The position numbers were made by a program, and so were the translations under genes. Positions 23,663 to 24,786 of a stretch of DNA of 24,786 nucleotides are shown here, piece after piece. Within the stretch, counting starts at the first letter, position 1, and every line of letters starts with the position of its first letter. A model generated the notes under the pieces. That model worked only from the letters and a program-made list of their open reading frames with translations. It had not been told where the DNA came from and did no database searches. The stretch comes from Octopus sinensis (Eukaryota): NCBI RefSeq assembly GCF_006345805.1, contig NW_021836230.1, positions 1-24,786 on the forward strand, read 5' to 3'.

Positions 23663-24509
23663 ACAATATATAGAATTTCAGCATCTTTTAAGGCGCTGAT
23701 GTCGCAAACAGCTAGCAGGCTTATTAAAAATAAATTATTAGCCAAGGAAGCACTATTAATACTCAAAGCCAATCTCTATATCCAACTAAACATGGATACC
23801 TTGTTAGAACACCGAATCCTGCCTTATTGGCCTGGTGCACAAAAGTATATACATTGATTGGAAAAGTTTCTTCAAACAGATTTCGGAAATTGAAAACGGT
23901 TTTGGAATCGACAACAAAATGTTTCGTTGCTGTCATTTGTCACTCTATACAGCAAGATACTGTCCCCTTTTGAACCCCATCTAGGCCAAGAAGCTAACTG
24001 GTTCCTTACTGGTAAGACCACAATGATCCCTATAAATGCATGCTTGTCCGTCGAAGCGACAAGGACCATCCTTACAGATAACGGAAGACTTGCGCAGTGA
24101 GTTTCTTTTAACGTTGAGAAGCTTTTCGTACCGCCAACCTCAGTCTCTCGCTCGTTGCCTTCAATCCACTCGCAAGACCTCGTCTTACTGACCTCATCCT
24201 TCTTTTTGCCCTCTACAATGCGTTGCTGCTGCCGCTTGGCTCTCCGTTGAGCTTCGAAGTTTTCTTCCTCAGAGTCCATCGGATCTAGCATTCACAAGCA
24301 TAGGTATGAAAGTTCGAATACGCAAATTAACCCATAGCTGAGGCCTGGTCGGAATAGATTTGGGTAGAATGGTGACTAAGAAGTGGTTCCACACAGCTCA
24401 AAACCCTGGAACTCCCGGGCCAGGGCCCCGCTACCGGATGAAGGAAAAACAGATGCCATAAGGAAACAGGCCGTCAGCACTTGGGAATATTCACAATTTA
24501 TAAAATATA

Positions 24510-24786
24510 GGCGTATGCGTGGTTGTGTGGTAAGAAGCTTGCTTACCAACCACATGGTTCCGAGTTCAGTTCCGCTGTGTGGCACCTTGGGCAAGTGTCT
24601 TCTGTTATAGCCTCGGGTCGACCAAAGCCTTGTGGGTCGATTTGGTAGACGGAAACTAAAAGTAAGCCGTCGTATATAAATGTGCATGTGTTTGTGTTTG
24701 TGTTTGTCCTCCATTCCCGCTTGACAACCGGTGTTACATTGTTTACGTCCCCGTAGCGGTTTGGCAAAAGAAGCCGATAGAAAAGT
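24510..24786 (+). mobile_element. SINE family 1, running off the window end
   Basis: ggcgtatgcgtggttgtgtggtaagaagcttgcttaccaaccacatggttccgagttcagttcc head, then conserved body and tail. Confidence 0.88.

Larger units (their letters stand above)
22010..23850. repeat. Three diverged direct copies of an unknown unit (~22010-22255, ~23130-23415, ~23720-23850 truncated)
   Basis: Shared acatg(a/g)at(g/a)(t/c)ctt(a/g)ttaga(t/a)caccgaa in all three; ccggaatt, gatttc, tcatcagtg, tccggt and gccagtcaaat shared by copies 1 and 2. Confidence 0.85.

Overview
AT-rich, microsatellite- and SINE-saturated animal DNA. The SINE families and repeat spectrum look like an octopus (coleoid cephalopod) genome; this is inferred from recalled repeat consensus sequences, not from a search. 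Almost all ORFs in the supplied track are microsatellite artefacts. The one well-supported gene is a spliced minus-strand gene with four GT-AG exons whose phases match (9461-9273, 7902-6883, 5244-5088, 856-709). It encodes at least 504 aa of a STAND/NB-ARC-like P-loop NTPase followed by TPR repeats, i.e. an NLR-like receptor architecture. Its 5' end is ambiguous (in-frame TGA or frameshift) and its 3' end was not found. Introns and upstream DNA carry three tRNA-derived SINE families, an ~850 bp foldback element, a Helitron-like insertion, an internally deleted mariner, a HERO-like LINE remnant, a ~195 bp tandem array built on a hAT-like terminus, and several hammerhead-ribozyme-like motifs, including a pair in a thrice-repeated diverged unit at 22-24 kb.
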